Assembly: GCA_002269645.1 (NCBI GenBank)
Contig: NIVC01000180.1
Coordinates: 124,001-188,000, forward strand
Source: Macrostomum lignano
Lineage: Eukaryota
DNA length: 64,000 nucleotides
Direction of reading: 5' to 3'
Under the pieces are notes generated by a model. It saw only the letters and a program-made list of their open reading frames with translations, ran no database searches and was not told the origin of the DNA. Positions 23,323 through 64,000 of this stretch are shown here, piece after piece; the first letter of the stretch is position 1; the number at the start of each line of letters is the position of its first letter. The position numbers and the translations under genes are program-made.

Positions 23323-24418
23323 ATGAAGACAGTGAGCTTGTTCTTGTTTGTGTTTGAGTCAGCCTCTTTTTTATGACGAGTGTTAGAGTCAGGCAGGAAG
23401 GGTGAGATCATGGTGACAGTCAGGCAGGAAGGGTGAGATCATGGTGACAGTCAGACAGGAAGGGTGAGATGACGGGTGTGAGAGTCAGGCAGGAAGGGTG
23501 AGATGACGGGTGTGAGAGTCAGGCAGGAAGGGTGAGATCATGGTGACAGTCAGGCAGGAAGGGTGAGATGACGGGTGTGAGAGTCAGGCAGGAAGGGTGA
23601 GATCATGGTGACAGTCAGGCAGGAAGGGTGAGATGACGGGTGTGAGAGTCAGGCAGGAAGGGTGAGATCATGGTGACAGTCAGGCAGGAAGGGTGAGATG
23701 ACGGGTGTGAGAGTCAGGCAGGAAGGGTGAGATGACGGGTGTGAGAGTCAGGCAGGAAGGGTGAGATCATGGTGACAGTCAGGCAGGAAGGGTGAGATGA
23801 CGGGTGTGAGAGTCAGGCAGGAAAGGTGAGATGACGGGTGTGAGTCAGGCAAGAAGGGTGAGATTTGAGAGTCAGGCTCCCCACACCCGCAGCAGCGACA
23901 AGCGTGGCGCACCCTGGCCGTGCTGGACCTGGAGACCACCGGCCTCTACCAGGCGCGCGTCACCGAGCTGGCTCTGCTGACCGCCGACCGGGCCGACCTG
24001 CTGCGCCGCGGCGGCACCGACCGGCTGCCCAGGGCGCTGAACCGGCTCTGCCTGCTGTTCAACCCCGGCTGCCAGGTGACGCCCTCGGCCGCGAACATCA
24101 CCGGCTTGCACGGCGCCTGCCTGCGGTCTCAGCCGGCTTTCGACTCTGCGTCCGTGCGGCTGCTTGGCGCCTTCGTGCGGCGGCTCCACCAGCCGGTGCT
24201 GATGGTGGCGCACAATGGGGCCAGGTTCGACTTCCCGCTGCTCCAGGCTGAGCTCAGGCTGGCCTCGGCTGCCGCCGCCGGCTGCTCCGCCACGGCTGAC
24301 GCGGCAAAGTGTCTGGGCAGCGTGCTGTGCTCCGACTCGCTGCCTGCGCTTCGGGAGCTGCAGCTGCGGCCGGGTGCGGATGCTCTGTGAGTCTGAGCTG
24401 TTTCTGTCTGTCTGTCAG

Positions 24419-24483
<65 letters not shown>

Positions 24484-24554
24484 ATCTGTCTGTCTGTCTG
24501 TCTGTCTGCCTTGTCTGTCTGTCTGTCTGCCTGTCTGCCTTGTCTGTCTGTCTA

Positions 24555-24617
<63 letters not shown>

Positions 24618-24689
24618 GTCTGTGTCTGTCTGTCTGTCTGTCTGTCTATCTGTCTGTCTGTCTGCCTGTCTGTCTGTCTGTCTGTCTGC

Positions 24690-24732
<43 letters not shown>

Positions 24733-24778
24733 GTCTGTGTCTGTCTGTCTGTGCCTGTCTGTCTGTCTGTCTGTCTGC

Positions 24779-24823
<45 letters not shown>

Positions 24824-24833
24824 GCCTGTCTGC

Positions 24834-24877
<44 letters not shown>

Positions 24878-24887
24878 GCCTGTCTGC

Positions 24888-24921
<34 letters not shown>

Positions 24922-25322
24922 ATTTTGATCTCTTAGTGTCTGTCTTTCTACCTGTGCCTGTCTGTCTGTCTGCATGGTTAGTATCCATCCGTCTCTGCTA
25001 CGAGTATTTTAATCATCCAACTTACACCGAGCACACCAACCAATCTGCTTCCACCAGGTTCGCCGAGCCCCTAAAGCAAGGCAAGCCGCAGGTGAGGTTC
25101 AGCCTGCAGCAGCTGTACAGCCAGGCATTCAGCGGCGAGGAGCCGCCTGGTAGTCACAGCGGCCTCGGCGACTGCGAAGCCCTGCTGCGGCTGCTGCTGT
25201 TCCGCCTTCCCGACTGCCTGCCACTGCTGGAGGCCGCGGCGGCGCCCTTCGAGACCGTGGCGCCCGCCAAGCTGCATGTCGAGGACGCAGCGGCCGCCGC
25301 CTCCTCTGCGGCTGCTAATTGA
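23323..25322 (+). CDS. TREX1: TREX1/TREX2-like DEDDh exonuclease, paralog B; exons 23323-23331 (ATG AAG ACA, tentative), 23893-24386, 25058-25322
   Basis: ExoI DLETTG, Exo[22 protein letters not shown] and FSLQQLY...[13 protein letters not shown] (ExoIII). Phases are consistent; the first mini-exon is inferred from a GTGAGC donor at 23332. Confidence 0.87.
23385..23875. repeat. 31/34-nt intronic minisatellite
   Basis: GTCAGGCAGGAAGGGTGAGAT followed by CATGGTGACA or GACGGGTGTGAGA. Confidence 0.93.
24405..24970. repeat. (TCTG)n microsatellite, intronic
   Basis: Visible directly. Confidence 0.98.
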
Positions 25323-25372
25323 CGGCGGCCGGGGCTGAGACCGCGCCACTTTTAGTTGTTTGGGAGACAACA

Positions 25373-26801
<1,429 letters not shown>

Positions 26802-27195
26802 CTTTAAATTCAGTCGGGTCCCGGCATCAGGGGCTTTCCGCAGCATCAGTTGCCCAGGTTTTAATGTTCTATTTTTCCAAAACGTTTCTTTGCTTACTAG
26901 GCTTGTCTTCTCTTGTGCATTTTATAACAAAAAATCATTGGATTAACTTCGGACTCGCAGCTTAAACCGCAATTGTTTACAGGTAATTTTATTTGTCTGA
27001 AAATGCATTGTCAATTAAATCGAGGAAGTTGCTTGAATTTTACATTATAATAATGATTGTATCCGGGTTGCAGTGAAATACAAGCCTTTGTGTATCCTTG
27101 CTTAAAGACTGCAATTTTTGCCTTGTTCTCTTTTACTCGTTCTTCGATTCTACCAAGAATTCTCTGTTATTGTTACGTCTCTTTGACAGCTTTTT

Positions 27196-28845
<1,650 letters not shown>

Positions 28846-28931
28846 GCATGGTTAGTATCCATCCGTCTCTGCTACGAGTATTTTAATCATCCAACTTACA
28901 CCGAGCACACCAACCAATCTGCTTCCACCAG

Positions 28932-29196
28932 GTTCGCCGAGCCCCTAAAGCAAGGCAAGCCGCAGGTGAGGTTCAGCCTGCAGCAGCTGTACAGCCAGGC
29001 ATTCAGCGGCGAGGAGCCGCCTGGTAGTCACAGCGGCCTCGGCGACTGCGAAGCCCTGCTGCGGCTGCTGCTGTTCCGCCTTCCCGACTGCCTGCCACTG
29101 CTGGAGGCCGCGGCGGCGCCCTTCGAGACCGTGGCGCCCGCCAAGCTGCATGTCGAGGACGCAGCGGCCGCCGCCTCCTCTGCGGCTGCTAATTGA
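28932..29196 (+). pseudogene. Orphan duplicate of the TREX paralog B terminal exon
   Basis: Appears identical to 25058-25322 at +3874 offset, with no duplicated ExoI/ExoII exon upstream. Confidence 0.85.
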
Positions 29197-29246
29197 CGGC
29201 GGCCGGGGCTGAGACCGCGCCACTTTTAGTTGTTTGGGAGACAACA

Positions 29247-30675
<1,429 letters not shown>

Positions 30676-31069
30676 CTTTAAATTCAGTCGGGTCCCGGCA
30701 TCAGGGGCTTTCCGCAGCATCAGTTGCCCAGGTTTTAATGTTCTATTTTTCCAAAACGTTTCTTTGCTTACTAGGCTTGTCTTCTCTTGTGCATTTTATA
30801 ACAAAAAATCATTGGATTAACTTCGGACTCGCAGCTTAAACCGCAATTGTTTACAGGTAATTTTATTTGTCTGAAAATGCATTGTCAATTAAATCGAGGA
30901 AGTTGCTTGAATTTTACATTATAATAATGATTGTATCCGGGTTGCAGTGAAATACAAGCCTTTGTGTATCCTTGCTTAAAGACTGCAATTTTTGCCTTGT
31001 TCTCTTTTACTCGTTCTTCGATTCTACCAAGAATTCTCTGTTATTGTTACGTCTCTTTGACAGCTTTTT

Positions 31070-31070
31070 G

Positions 31071-31107
<37 letters not shown>

Positions 31108-31120
31108 GCCTGCCTGCCTA

Positions 31121-31173
<53 letters not shown>

Positions 31174-31176
31174 GTC

Positions 31177-31237
<61 letters not shown>

Positions 31238-31240
31238 GTC

Positions 31241-31289
<49 letters not shown>

Positions 31290-31324
31290 GTCTCTGTCTG
31301 TCTGTCTGTCTGTCTGTCTGTGTC

Positions 31325-31377
<53 letters not shown>

Positions 31378-31380
31378 GTC

Positions 31381-31437
<57 letters not shown>

Positions 31438-31460
31438 GTCTCTGTCTGTCTGTCTGTCTA

Positions 31461-31505
<45 letters not shown>

Positions 31506-31508
31506 GTC

Positions 31509-31569
<61 letters not shown>

Positions 31570-31606
31570 ATGTCTGTGTCTCTGTCTGTCTGTCTATCTG
31601 TCTGTC

Positions 31607-31643
<37 letters not shown>

Positions 31644-31646
31644 GTC

Positions 31647-31715
<69 letters not shown>

Positions 31716-31738
31716 GTCTCTGTCTGTCTGTCTGTCTA

Positions 31739-31781
<43 letters not shown>

Positions 31782-31810
31782 GTCTGTCTGTCTGTCTGTC
31801 TGTCTGTGTC

Positions 31811-31851
<41 letters not shown>

Positions 31852-31854
31852 GTC

Positions 31855-31911
<57 letters not shown>

Positions 31912-31912
31912 G

Positions 31913-31967
<55 letters not shown>

Positions 31968-31970
31968 GTC

Positions 31971-32055
<85 letters not shown>

Positions 32056-32088
32056 GTCTCTGTCTGTCTGTCTGTCTATCTGTCTGTC

Positions 32089-32125
<37 letters not shown>

Positions 32126-32128
32126 GTC

Positions 32129-32217
<89 letters not shown>

Positions 32218-32240
32218 GTCTCTGTCTGTCTGTCTGTCTA

Positions 32241-32285
<45 letters not shown>

Positions 32286-32288
32286 GTC

Positions 32289-32365
<77 letters not shown>

Positions 32366-32398
32366 GTCTCTGTCTGTCTGTCTGTCTATCTGTCTGTC

Positions 32399-32435
<37 letters not shown>

Positions 32436-32438
32436 GTC

Positions 32439-32495
<57 letters not shown>

Positions 32496-32518
32496 GTCTC
32501 TGTCTGTCTGTCTGTCTA

Positions 32519-32559
<41 letters not shown>

Positions 32560-32594
32560 GTCTCTGTCTGTCTGTCTGTCTGTCTGTCTGTGTC

Positions 32595-32647
<53 letters not shown>

Positions 32648-32650
32648 GTC

Positions 32651-32695
<45 letters not shown>

Positions 32696-32698
32696 GTC

Positions 32699-32759
<61 letters not shown>

Positions 32760-32762
32760 GTC

Positions 32763-32823
<61 letters not shown>

Positions 32824-32826
32824 GTC

Positions 32827-32883
<57 letters not shown>

Positions 32884-32886
32884 GTC

Positions 32887-32947
<61 letters not shown>

Positions 32948-32950
32948 GTC

Positions 32951-33019
<69 letters not shown>

Positions 33020-33052
33020 GTCTCTGTCTGTCTGTCTGTCTATCTGTCTGTC

Positions 33053-33089
<37 letters not shown>

Positions 33090-33092
33090 GTC

Positions 33093-33165
<73 letters not shown>

Positions 33166-33198
33166 GTCTCTGTCTGTCTGTCTGTCTATCTGTCTGTC

Positions 33199-33235
<37 letters not shown>

Positions 33236-33238
33236 GTC

Positions 33239-33297
<59 letters not shown>

Positions 33298-33304
33298 GTC
33301 TGTC

Positions 33305-33377
<73 letters not shown>

Positions 33378-33400
33378 GTCTCTGTCTGTCTGTCTGTCTA

Positions 33401-33453
<53 letters not shown>

Positions 33454-33488
33454 GTCTCTGTCTGTCTGTCTGTCTGTCTGTCTGTGTC

Positions 33489-33549
<61 letters not shown>

Positions 33550-33552
33550 GTC

Positions 33553-33601
<49 letters not shown>

Positions 33602-33604
33602 GTC

Positions 33605-33669
<65 letters not shown>

Positions 33670-33672
33670 GTC

Positions 33673-33729
<57 letters not shown>

Positions 33730-33790
33730 GTCTCTGTCTGTCTGTCTGTCTATCTGTCTGTCTCTGTCTGTCTGTTTGTCTGTCTGTGTC

Positions 33791-33867
<77 letters not shown>

Positions 33868-33916
33868 GTCTCTGTCTGTCTGTCTGTCTATCTGTCTGTC
33901 TCTGTCTGTCTGTCTG
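31070..33916. repeat. (TCTG)n microsatellite (~2.8 kb)
   Basis: Visible directly. Confidence 0.98.
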
Positions 33917-34118
33917 ATTATGTATCTGTCGCTGTCTTTCCCTGACCACAAATCTCTTTTCTGTCGTCACTAAGCGCGTATCAGTAGAGTTTACTGCCTG
34001 AATAGATGAGCCAAATCTGTAAACCAATAACACCCTCCCGTCTCCCAAAAACGGTGGCATTCCAGCCGCATCGCGATTCGCACAGGGCCCTCATCTGCCA
34101 GCCAGCCAGTCCGGAACC

Positions 34119-37100
34119 ATGGGCCGCCGCAAGCGCAACATAGCGGAGGCCAAGGACCTCTACGACAACTCCAAGGAGTCCAACGCCCTGTTTGAGAAGT
34201 ACTACACAGCCCAGGCCATGCTGCCCGAGGCTGAGTGGCCGGCCTTCATGACCGCCATGCGGGAGGGCCTGCCCGTCACATTCCGAATCACCGGTTTCCG
34301 TGGTCACAGCCAGAGTCTGCTCAAGCTGCTGCGCACTCGCTACCTGGAGGAACTGCTCAGCCTGACTGACATTCGACCGCCTGAGCCGCTGCCCTGGTAT
34401 CCGAGTGAGCTGGGGCGGCAGGGGATGGAGGAGCCAGTCTCACTGGGAGTCACTCAGATCGCCTACTAACAAGTAGCAAGAGCAGGATGTGAAGAGCATC
34501 TCATGCATGTAGCTTAACGTTTGTATCTCGCAGAAAGATAGGATGGATTTTCCATGGATTTTCCATTTAACGACGAGAATTTCTAGTGGTATTGTAATAA
34601 TACTAATTGATTACACCTGCCCTATGGGCAGATGTGCAACCGACAGCTCAGCCGCAGCTATTGCACGGCGCATCTGAAGATCCATTTTACAGCTAAGTGA
34701 ACTGAAGCAATGCAGAGTTAAGTGTCTTGCTCGAGGACACAAATTGTTCCAAGTGGGTCGAGAATCGAACCCCCGACCTTTCAGTCGTGAATCCTAAGCT
34801 ACAATCCCCTCGTACCCCGCCTAGAGGTATAAAATTAAGAACTAGACTAAAGAATCCTCCGCGACCTCGCGTGACCCCGCAGGCGGCATGGCCTACCAGC
34901 TGCACACGAACCGGCTGGCTATTCGCAAAATCAACGAGCTCCAGAGATTGCACAGCTTCCTGGTGACCGAGACCGAGACCGGCCACATCACCCGGCAGGA
35001 GGCCGTCTCCATGGTGCCGCCGCTGGTGCTGGACGTGCGCTCCAGCCACCGGGTGCTGGACATGTGCGCCGCGCCCGGCTCCAAGACCGGCCAGATGCTC
35101 GAGCTGCTGCACCGTGGCGACGACAGCGAGGCTGGACGGAACTCTGGCGAGCTGCCCGATGGTTGGTGCTGGATGAGCAACTTTTTAGCGTCAGTCTGAT
35201 TGCACAAGTCCGACACAAGTCAGTGCATAGTGTTTGACACAAGTCTCAGTGCATAGTGTCTGACACACGTCAATGCATAGTGTCTGACACAAGTCTCAGT
35301 GCATAGGTGTCTGACACAAGTCTCAGTGCATAGTGTCTGACACAAGTCTCAATGCACAGCGTCTGACACAAGTCTCAGTGCATAGGTGTCTGACACAAGT
35401 CTCAGTGCATAGGTGTCTGACACAAGTCTCAGTGCATAAGTGTCTGACACAAGTCTCAGTGCATAGGTGTCTGACACAAGTCTCAGTGCATAGTGTCTGA
35501 CACAAGTCTCAGTGCATAGTGTCTGACACAAGTCTCAGTGCATAGTGTCTGACACAAGTCTCAGTGCATAGTGTCTGACACAAGTCTCAGTGCATAGTGT
35601 CTGACACAAGTCTCAGTGCATAGTGTCTGACACAAGTCTCAGTGCATAGTGTCTGACACAAGTCTCAGTGCATAGTGTCTGACACAAGTCTCAGTGCATA
35701 GTGTCTGACACAAGTCTCAGTGCATAGTGTCTGACACAAGTCTCAGTGCATAGTGTCTGACACAAGTTAATAAATAGTGTCTGACACAAGTTAATGAATA
35801 GTGTCTGACACAAGTCTCAATGCACAGCGTCTGACACAAGTCTCAGTGAATAGTGTCTGACACAAGTCTCAGTGCATAGTGTCTGACACAAATCTCAGTG
35901 CATAGTGTCTGACACACGTCAATGCATAGTGTCTGACACAAGTCAGTGCATAGTGCCATTACAGTGTCTGACACAAGTTACTACCTAATTGTCTGACAAG
36001 TCAGTACAGTGTCTGACAAGACAGTACAGTGTCTGACACAAGTCAGTACAATGTCTGACACAAGTCAGTACAGTGTCTGACAAGTCAGTACAGTGTCCGA
36101 CACGAGTCAGAGTCAAAGTTCCTGACACAAGTCCTCACAATGTCTGACACAAGCTTCCCGCCAATTGCAGGCCTAATCGTGGCAAATGACGTGGACCAGC
36201 GCCGGGCCTACATGATGGTGCACCAGCTCAAGAGGCTGCAGAGCCCCTGCTTTGTGGTCTGCGCCCACGACTCCAGCGTGTTCCCCCGGCTCCGCCTGGA
36301 GCCCGACGGCCCGCCGCTGCTGTTCGACCGCGTGCTGGCCGACGTCCCCTGCTCTGGCGACGGCACGGCGCGCAAAAATCCCGGCGTCTGGCGCCGCTGG
36401 AAGCCCGGGCACGCCAACAACCTGCACCTGACTCAGGCCAAGATACTCAAGCGAGGACTCGAACTGCTCGCTGTTGGCGGCCGGCTTGTGTACTCAACCT
36501 GCAGCCTGAACCCTGTAGAGAATGAGGCTGTTGTGGGCAAGCTGCTGCTGGAGACTGAGGGCTCTGTGGAACTGGTGAGCTGCTGGGGCTGGCTAACCGC
36601 AGCCTCTTGGTAGGTTTGAGTAATAACTAAGCAGGTTTTCGAATAAGATTTTGTGATAGCTGAGTGAGAGTCTGAGATATCACAGTGAGATTATGTGATA
36701 TCTGAGTGGGATTCTGGGATATCTGAGTGGGATTCTGGGATATCTGAGTGGGATTCTGGGATATCTGAGTGGGATTCTGGGATATCTGAGTGGGATTATG
36801 GGATATCTGAGTGGGATTATGGGATATCTGAGTGGGATTCTGGGATATCTGAGTGAGATTATGGGATATCTGAGTGGGATTCTGGGATATCTGAGTGGGA
36901 TTCTGGGATATCTGAGTGGGATTCTGGGATATCTGAGTGGGATTCTGGGATATCTGAGTGGGATTATGGGATATCTGAGTGGGATTATGGGATATCTGAG
37001 TGGGATTATGGGATATCTGAGTGGGATTCTGGGATATCTGAGTGAGATTATGGGATATCTGAGTGAGATTATGGGATATCTGAGTGGGATTCTGGGATAT

Positions 37101-39234
37101 CTGAGTGGGATTCTGGGATATCTGAGTGGTATTCTGGAATAGCTGAGTGGGATTCTGGGATATCTGAGTGGTATTCTGGAATAGCTGAGTGGGATTCTGG
37201 GATATCTGAGTGAGATTCTGGGATAGTTAAGTGGGATTGCGAGATTAATTCAGGTACTAAGATAATTACAATAGGTTAAGGTTCAAATTCTTGAAATTGG
37301 TTGCTATGTACAATCGCCAGGTGGACGTCAGGCGCTTGCTGCCGGGCTTCAAATCTCTCCCGGGGCTGTCCAGCTGGAAGGTGATGGGCGCCAACGGCAC
37401 GCTGTTTGAGAAGTACTCGGATGTGCCTGTGGGCCGCGACCACGCCTACCTGCGCCCGTCGTTCTTTGACGAAGGCTACAAAGACCTGCCGATGGAGCGC
37501 TGCATGCGGGTGCTGCCCCACCTGCAGGACACCGGCGGCTTCTTCGTTGCCGCGCTGGAGAAGCGGCGCCACCTGCCCTGGATGAACCCCGCCAAGTGGG
37601 ACGCGGCGGCGGCCACAGCGGCTGCTGCGGATGCCTGCGCTCAGGATGGAGGCGCAGTTCAAGCGGCCACTGGAGATGGTAAGCCGGCACTGCCGCTTGC
37701 AGCTGTTTCAGGCTGGCTCACTTTGGTGCCTGGTATGCTCTGTGATGTTTTAGTTTTAGGTGTCAGGTGTTATTGCCTATTAATGGTAGTGTCATGAGGT
37801 ACAGGTTGTCAGCAGTGTCTGGTAAAGTTGTCAGATGCAGGCTGTCTTAGGGTCAGTTGTGTCGGGTGTAGTCGTCAAAAGTGTGAGTCAAAGTTGTCAA
37901 TACTGTCAGGAGCAGCTGTCAATACTGTCAGGTGCAGCTGTCAATACTGTCAGGTGCAGCTGTCAATACTGTCAGGTGCAGCTGTCAATACTGTCAGGTG
38001 CAGCTGTCAATACTGTCAGGTGCAGCTGTCAATACTGTCAGGTGCAGCTGTCAATACTGTCAGGCGCAGCTGTCAATACTGTCAGGTGCAGCTGTCAATA
38101 CTGTCAGGTGCAGCTGTCAATACTGTCAGGCGCAGCTGTCAATACTGTCAGGTGCAGCTGTCAATACTGTCAGGTGCAGCTGTCAATACTGTCAGGCGCA
38201 GCTGTCAATACTGTCAGGTGCAGCTGTCAATACTGTCAGGTGCAGCTGTCAATACTGTCAGGTGCAGCTGTCAATACTGTCAGGTGCAGCTGTCAATACT
38301 GTCAGGTGCAGCTGTCAATACTGTCAGGCGCAGCTGTCAATACTGTCAGGTGCAGTTGTCAATACTGTCAGGTGCAGTTGTCAATACTGTCAGGTGCAGC
38401 TGTCAATACTGTCAGGTGCATCGGATCATTTCCAAAACATTCCCAGACGCTCCAGCCGGTGATGCAGCAGCCGCAGACTCATCGGGGCGGCCGCAGTCGC
38501 CGAAGTCCAAGCGGCGCCGCTTCAACGAGGATCCGTTCCTGTTCATGGGCCCCGAGCACCCGGTGTGGCGCGGCATCTCCGAGACCTTCGGCATCGACAG
38601 CGGCCGGTTCCCCTGCGGCAACGTGCTGTACCGCTGCGAGACCTCCAAGAAGCGGCACCTGTACCTGGTGAACGACTGCGCCAGGCGGCTGGTGCAGGGC
38701 AACCCGGAGCTCAAGACCGTCAACATGGGCATCAAGATCTTCTCTGTGTGCGACGACGCCGAGTACAAAGGCTACAGGCCGCTGCAGGAGGGCCTGAGCC
38801 TGCTGGAGCCCTTCATCACCCTGCGCCGCATCCGGGTACCCCGCTGCGATCTGCTGGTGCTGCTTGAGCACGAGCTGCCGTTCTCCGACCGGTTCACCGA
38901 GGCCACCAGGACGGCCTGGCGGGCCCTGACTCTTGGCCCGGTCGTCATCGACTATCGGCGAGACGGCGAGGACGCCCGACAGCTGCCGGACGTGGACCTC
39001 TGCCTAGCCGGCTGGCGTGGCCGCACCACCCTGCGGGCGTACATGAACCGGCACGAGCGGCTGCACCTCACCCGCATGTGCGGAGTTGAAGATCTGGTTG
39101 AAATCCGCGGCAAAACTGCTGGCCAGGGCGACGGCGAGGGCGACGACGAGGACGGCCCGTCCGATGACGAGGAGGCTGTGGAGCCTTCGGCTGCGGCAGC
39201 GGCGGCCGATGGCAACGACGGGGAGGCGGAGTGA
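34119..39234 (+). CDS. NSUN2: tRNA/mRNA cytosine-C5 methyltransferase NSUN2 (Trm4); exons 34119-34404, 34883-35161, 36171-36574, 37321-37678, 38447-39234
   Basis: [22 protein letters not shown] (motif I), [13 protein letters not shown] (motif IV), YSTCS (motif VI), [12 protein letters not shown] and C-terminal EDPF...NMGIK...YRPLQEGL. All phases are consistent. Confidence 0.96.
34610..34809 (-). mobile_element. tRNA-derived SINE, internally deleted copy (NSUN2 intron)
   Basis: The reverse complement matches 61145-61446 (GGTTCGATTC, TGTGTCCTCGAGCAAGACACTTAA, CTGTAAAATGG, GCAATAGCTGCGGCTGAGCTGTCGGTTGCACATCTG) with deletions. Confidence 0.85.
35200..36150. repeat. 26-27-nt intronic minisatellite
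   Basis: GTGTCTGACACAAGTCTCAGTGCATA. Confidence 0.95.
36700..37230. repeat. 21-nt intronic minisatellite
   Basis: GGGATATCTGAGTGGGATT(C/A)T. Confidence 0.95.
37895..38418. repeat. 22-nt intronic minisatellite
   Basis: GTCAGGTGCAGCTGTCAATACT. Confidence 0.95.
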
Positions 39235-39464
39235 CTCGGGACTCGGATACGAAATTTTAAACAAAATACTGCTAAGCCAATGCCTTGTGGTTCATCTCTG
39301 TTTTGGCGAATTGCATTTTTTATTGATTCAAAATTAAACATAATAATTATCAGCGTGAGCTGCTGAGTTCGGGTGACTCCGTGACTATGAAATCTGCACT
39401 GCAGTCTCTTATTACCTTCTTCTGTGCCTTCTGAGACTATGAGCACCTGGTTGGACACCTGCTT

Positions 39465-39945
39465 TACACCTGAGCTATCCAGCCACACACCTGAGCTATT
39501 CAGCCACACACCTGAGCTATTCAGCCACACACCTGAGCTATTCAGCCACACACCTGAGCTATTCAGCCACACACCTGAGCTATTCAGCCACACACCTGAG
39601 CTATTCAGTCAGACACCTGAGCTATTCAGCCACACACCTGAGCTATTCAGCCACACACCTGAGCTATTCAGCCACACACCTGAGCTATTCAGCCACACAC
39701 CTGAGCTATTCAGCCACACACCTGAGCTATTCAGCCACACACCTGAGCTATTCAGCCACACACCTGAGCTATTCAGCCACACACCTGAGCTATTCAGCCA
39801 CACACCTGAGCTATTCAGCCACACACCTGAGCTATTCAGCCACACACACCTGAGCTATTCAGCCACACACACCTGAGCTATTCAGCCACACACCTGAGCT
39901 ATTCAGCCAAACACCTGAGCTATTCAGCCACACACCTGAGCTATC
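39465..39945. repeat. 21-nt minisatellite downstream of NSUN2
   Basis: CACACCTGAGCTATTCAGCCA, about 22 copies. Confidence 0.95.
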
Positions 39946-41313
39946 GCATGGCATTCAAATGCAGTTAAAATCCCAGCAAACCGTCGCTTCCGTGATGCCA
40001 AGATTATTTCCGCCTGTTGAACTTGCAGCAGGCTCGCTCAGTCGGTTTAGCATCGGTCACGCGAATTCCCTTTTCAAGCTCGGAGCGAAATTGAACCAGT
40101 AAGAGGTTGCTACGTCCAAGTGGCACTCGGAAACCTCGGAACTTTTCTCCGCAATTTTAACTGCCAGTCGATATTGACTTGAGCCACTTTTATTTATTGC
40201 GAACACTACCTCGCATTTTTGCTAGAAAAAATTATAATCAAGATTTGACGTCATTTTGCTCCATAGAAGGAAAAGTCCCACTGCAGGGTGCAATTATTAT
40301 TTTCAGCAATGGAAAATATTTGACCGCCTGGCTTCACCCGATCAGAGAAGTCCAGGCGTTACGCTTAGCACAGGAACAATGCCCTCCCCCCCTTGAAATT
40401 TAAGAGGCTCGCTTGCTTATCGATACTCTCCATATCGGCTCCCCTGACTGCACGTCCGCTTGCTGCATGCAGCTGTATCAGGCCCAGGCTGGACCAACAC
40501 TGCCCCCCCCAGCTCGTCAGGCTCGGCCAAGTCAAGTGTGAGCAACTGCAGGCAGACTGCAAGGGGACCACGGGAAGAGAATTTGGTTTGGAATTGTAAA
40601 GCAGGGCGAGAATACAATGCGTAAAATCCGCTGTAAAAATGAGTAGAGTGGGGTCGGGAGAGCAGGCAGGAGCTGGGGGTTGGCGGGGGGCTCGCGAGCC
40701 GCAATTGGCTGCTGGCTCTGCACTCCGACAGGTTTCCAAGGGGCGACGGGAGGAAGGGGGGATCCGGGCTGCAAGGGTAAAAAAATGCCGAGTCGGTGGG
40801 CTGCTGGGTGCGGACCCATTGTTCCACACGACTCTGCTACTTTGAGATCTGCGCTTGCCCGATCGGCTCCGTCAACTACTGATGAAGCTTTCTGCAGCTT
40901 CCAGCTTAATTTCTTGCGCTTGAACTCTTCCAGGTAACTGAGGGTGTCTGCTTCAGTACAGGTGAGTCTGGGATGGGGATTCGTTGCTAGCAGGAGCAAG
41001 GATTTCTGGTTAGTTGCTAGAGAACATTTAGCAAAACATTTTTTCTAGGAATCAAAATGGGAATTCAAATTAATTATTTTTACTGATTTTTCCTCCTAGT
41101 GGTCAGGTGTGTTAACCAGAGCAGGTAGGTAGCAGCAATACCTGCTGAAGTACTTTACCGCTCAATATAAAATCCCTTGGGCAGAAAACGGTAAAAAAAC
41201 CTGCGCACGTGTGCAGCTGCATTTTCTGCTCATCCCTGACCTCTCGCTCCTTGCCTTGCATGCAGCCGAATCGCCTTCAGCACCTGCAGCCCTACTGAGA
41301 TTGAGGCCGCGCC

Positions 41314-63769
<22,456 letters not shown>

Positions 63770-64000
63770 GTGAGTCCGTCTGTCTGATTCTCTGTCACCC
63801 TATCAAGAGATAGTATCACCCTATCAAAAGTGTCCCAGAGTCGCTTTGAGTAGGTGGTGGTGCAAAAGTAACTTTGCAACAGAAACATTAAGCGAAATTT
63901 GATTGTAAAAGATTTCAAGTAAAAATCGTCAAGCTCTCGATACACGAGCTCAAATAGTCTTCTGAATCTAGAAAGATATTTTTTGCATTTGTGTCTCTAT

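Noticed and set aside
40365-40999. Minus-strand ORFs of 136-155 aa upstream of otoferlin
   Set aside because: No recognisable domain. Plus-strand donors (CCAG|GTAACT, TACAG|GTGAGT) suggest non-coding 5' exons of otoferlin, but this cannot be established.

Overview
Eukaryotic, intron-rich window with no prokaryotic features. GC-rich exons sit among satellite-filled introns, which resembles a Macrostomum-like flatworm; this is an inference from composition only. Left end (1-7166, minus strand): a Ty3/Gypsy LTR retrotransposon with 5' LTR, tRNA-Gln-type PBS and a single Gag-Pol frame. The frame carries one nonsense codon in gag and one 279-bp MITE (8-bp TSD) in the protease, and runs off the left edge. 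Its Gag carries an apparent cold-shock domain between the CCHC knuckle and the protease. Six spliced plus-strand genes follow: a CARHSP1/CSDC2-like cold-shock protein, a TRAF7-like RING/zinc-finger/WD40 protein, two tandem TREX1-like DEDDh exonucleases, NSUN2, and an otoferlin-type ferlin that runs off the right edge. All exon chains were phase-checked by hand. Other structure: a 3,874-bp tandem duplication bounded by TCTG microsatellite, alternating inverted (TCTG)n/(CAGA)n arrays, two GC-AG introns, three candidate in-frame otoferlin microexons (two in the C2D Ca2+-binding loop 3), an 18-lysine run across an exon junction, two copies of a tRNA-derived SINE and a Tc1-like relic. Nearly all long ORFs in the supplied track are satellite artefacts. 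No database searches were run; family assignments rest on recognised motifs.
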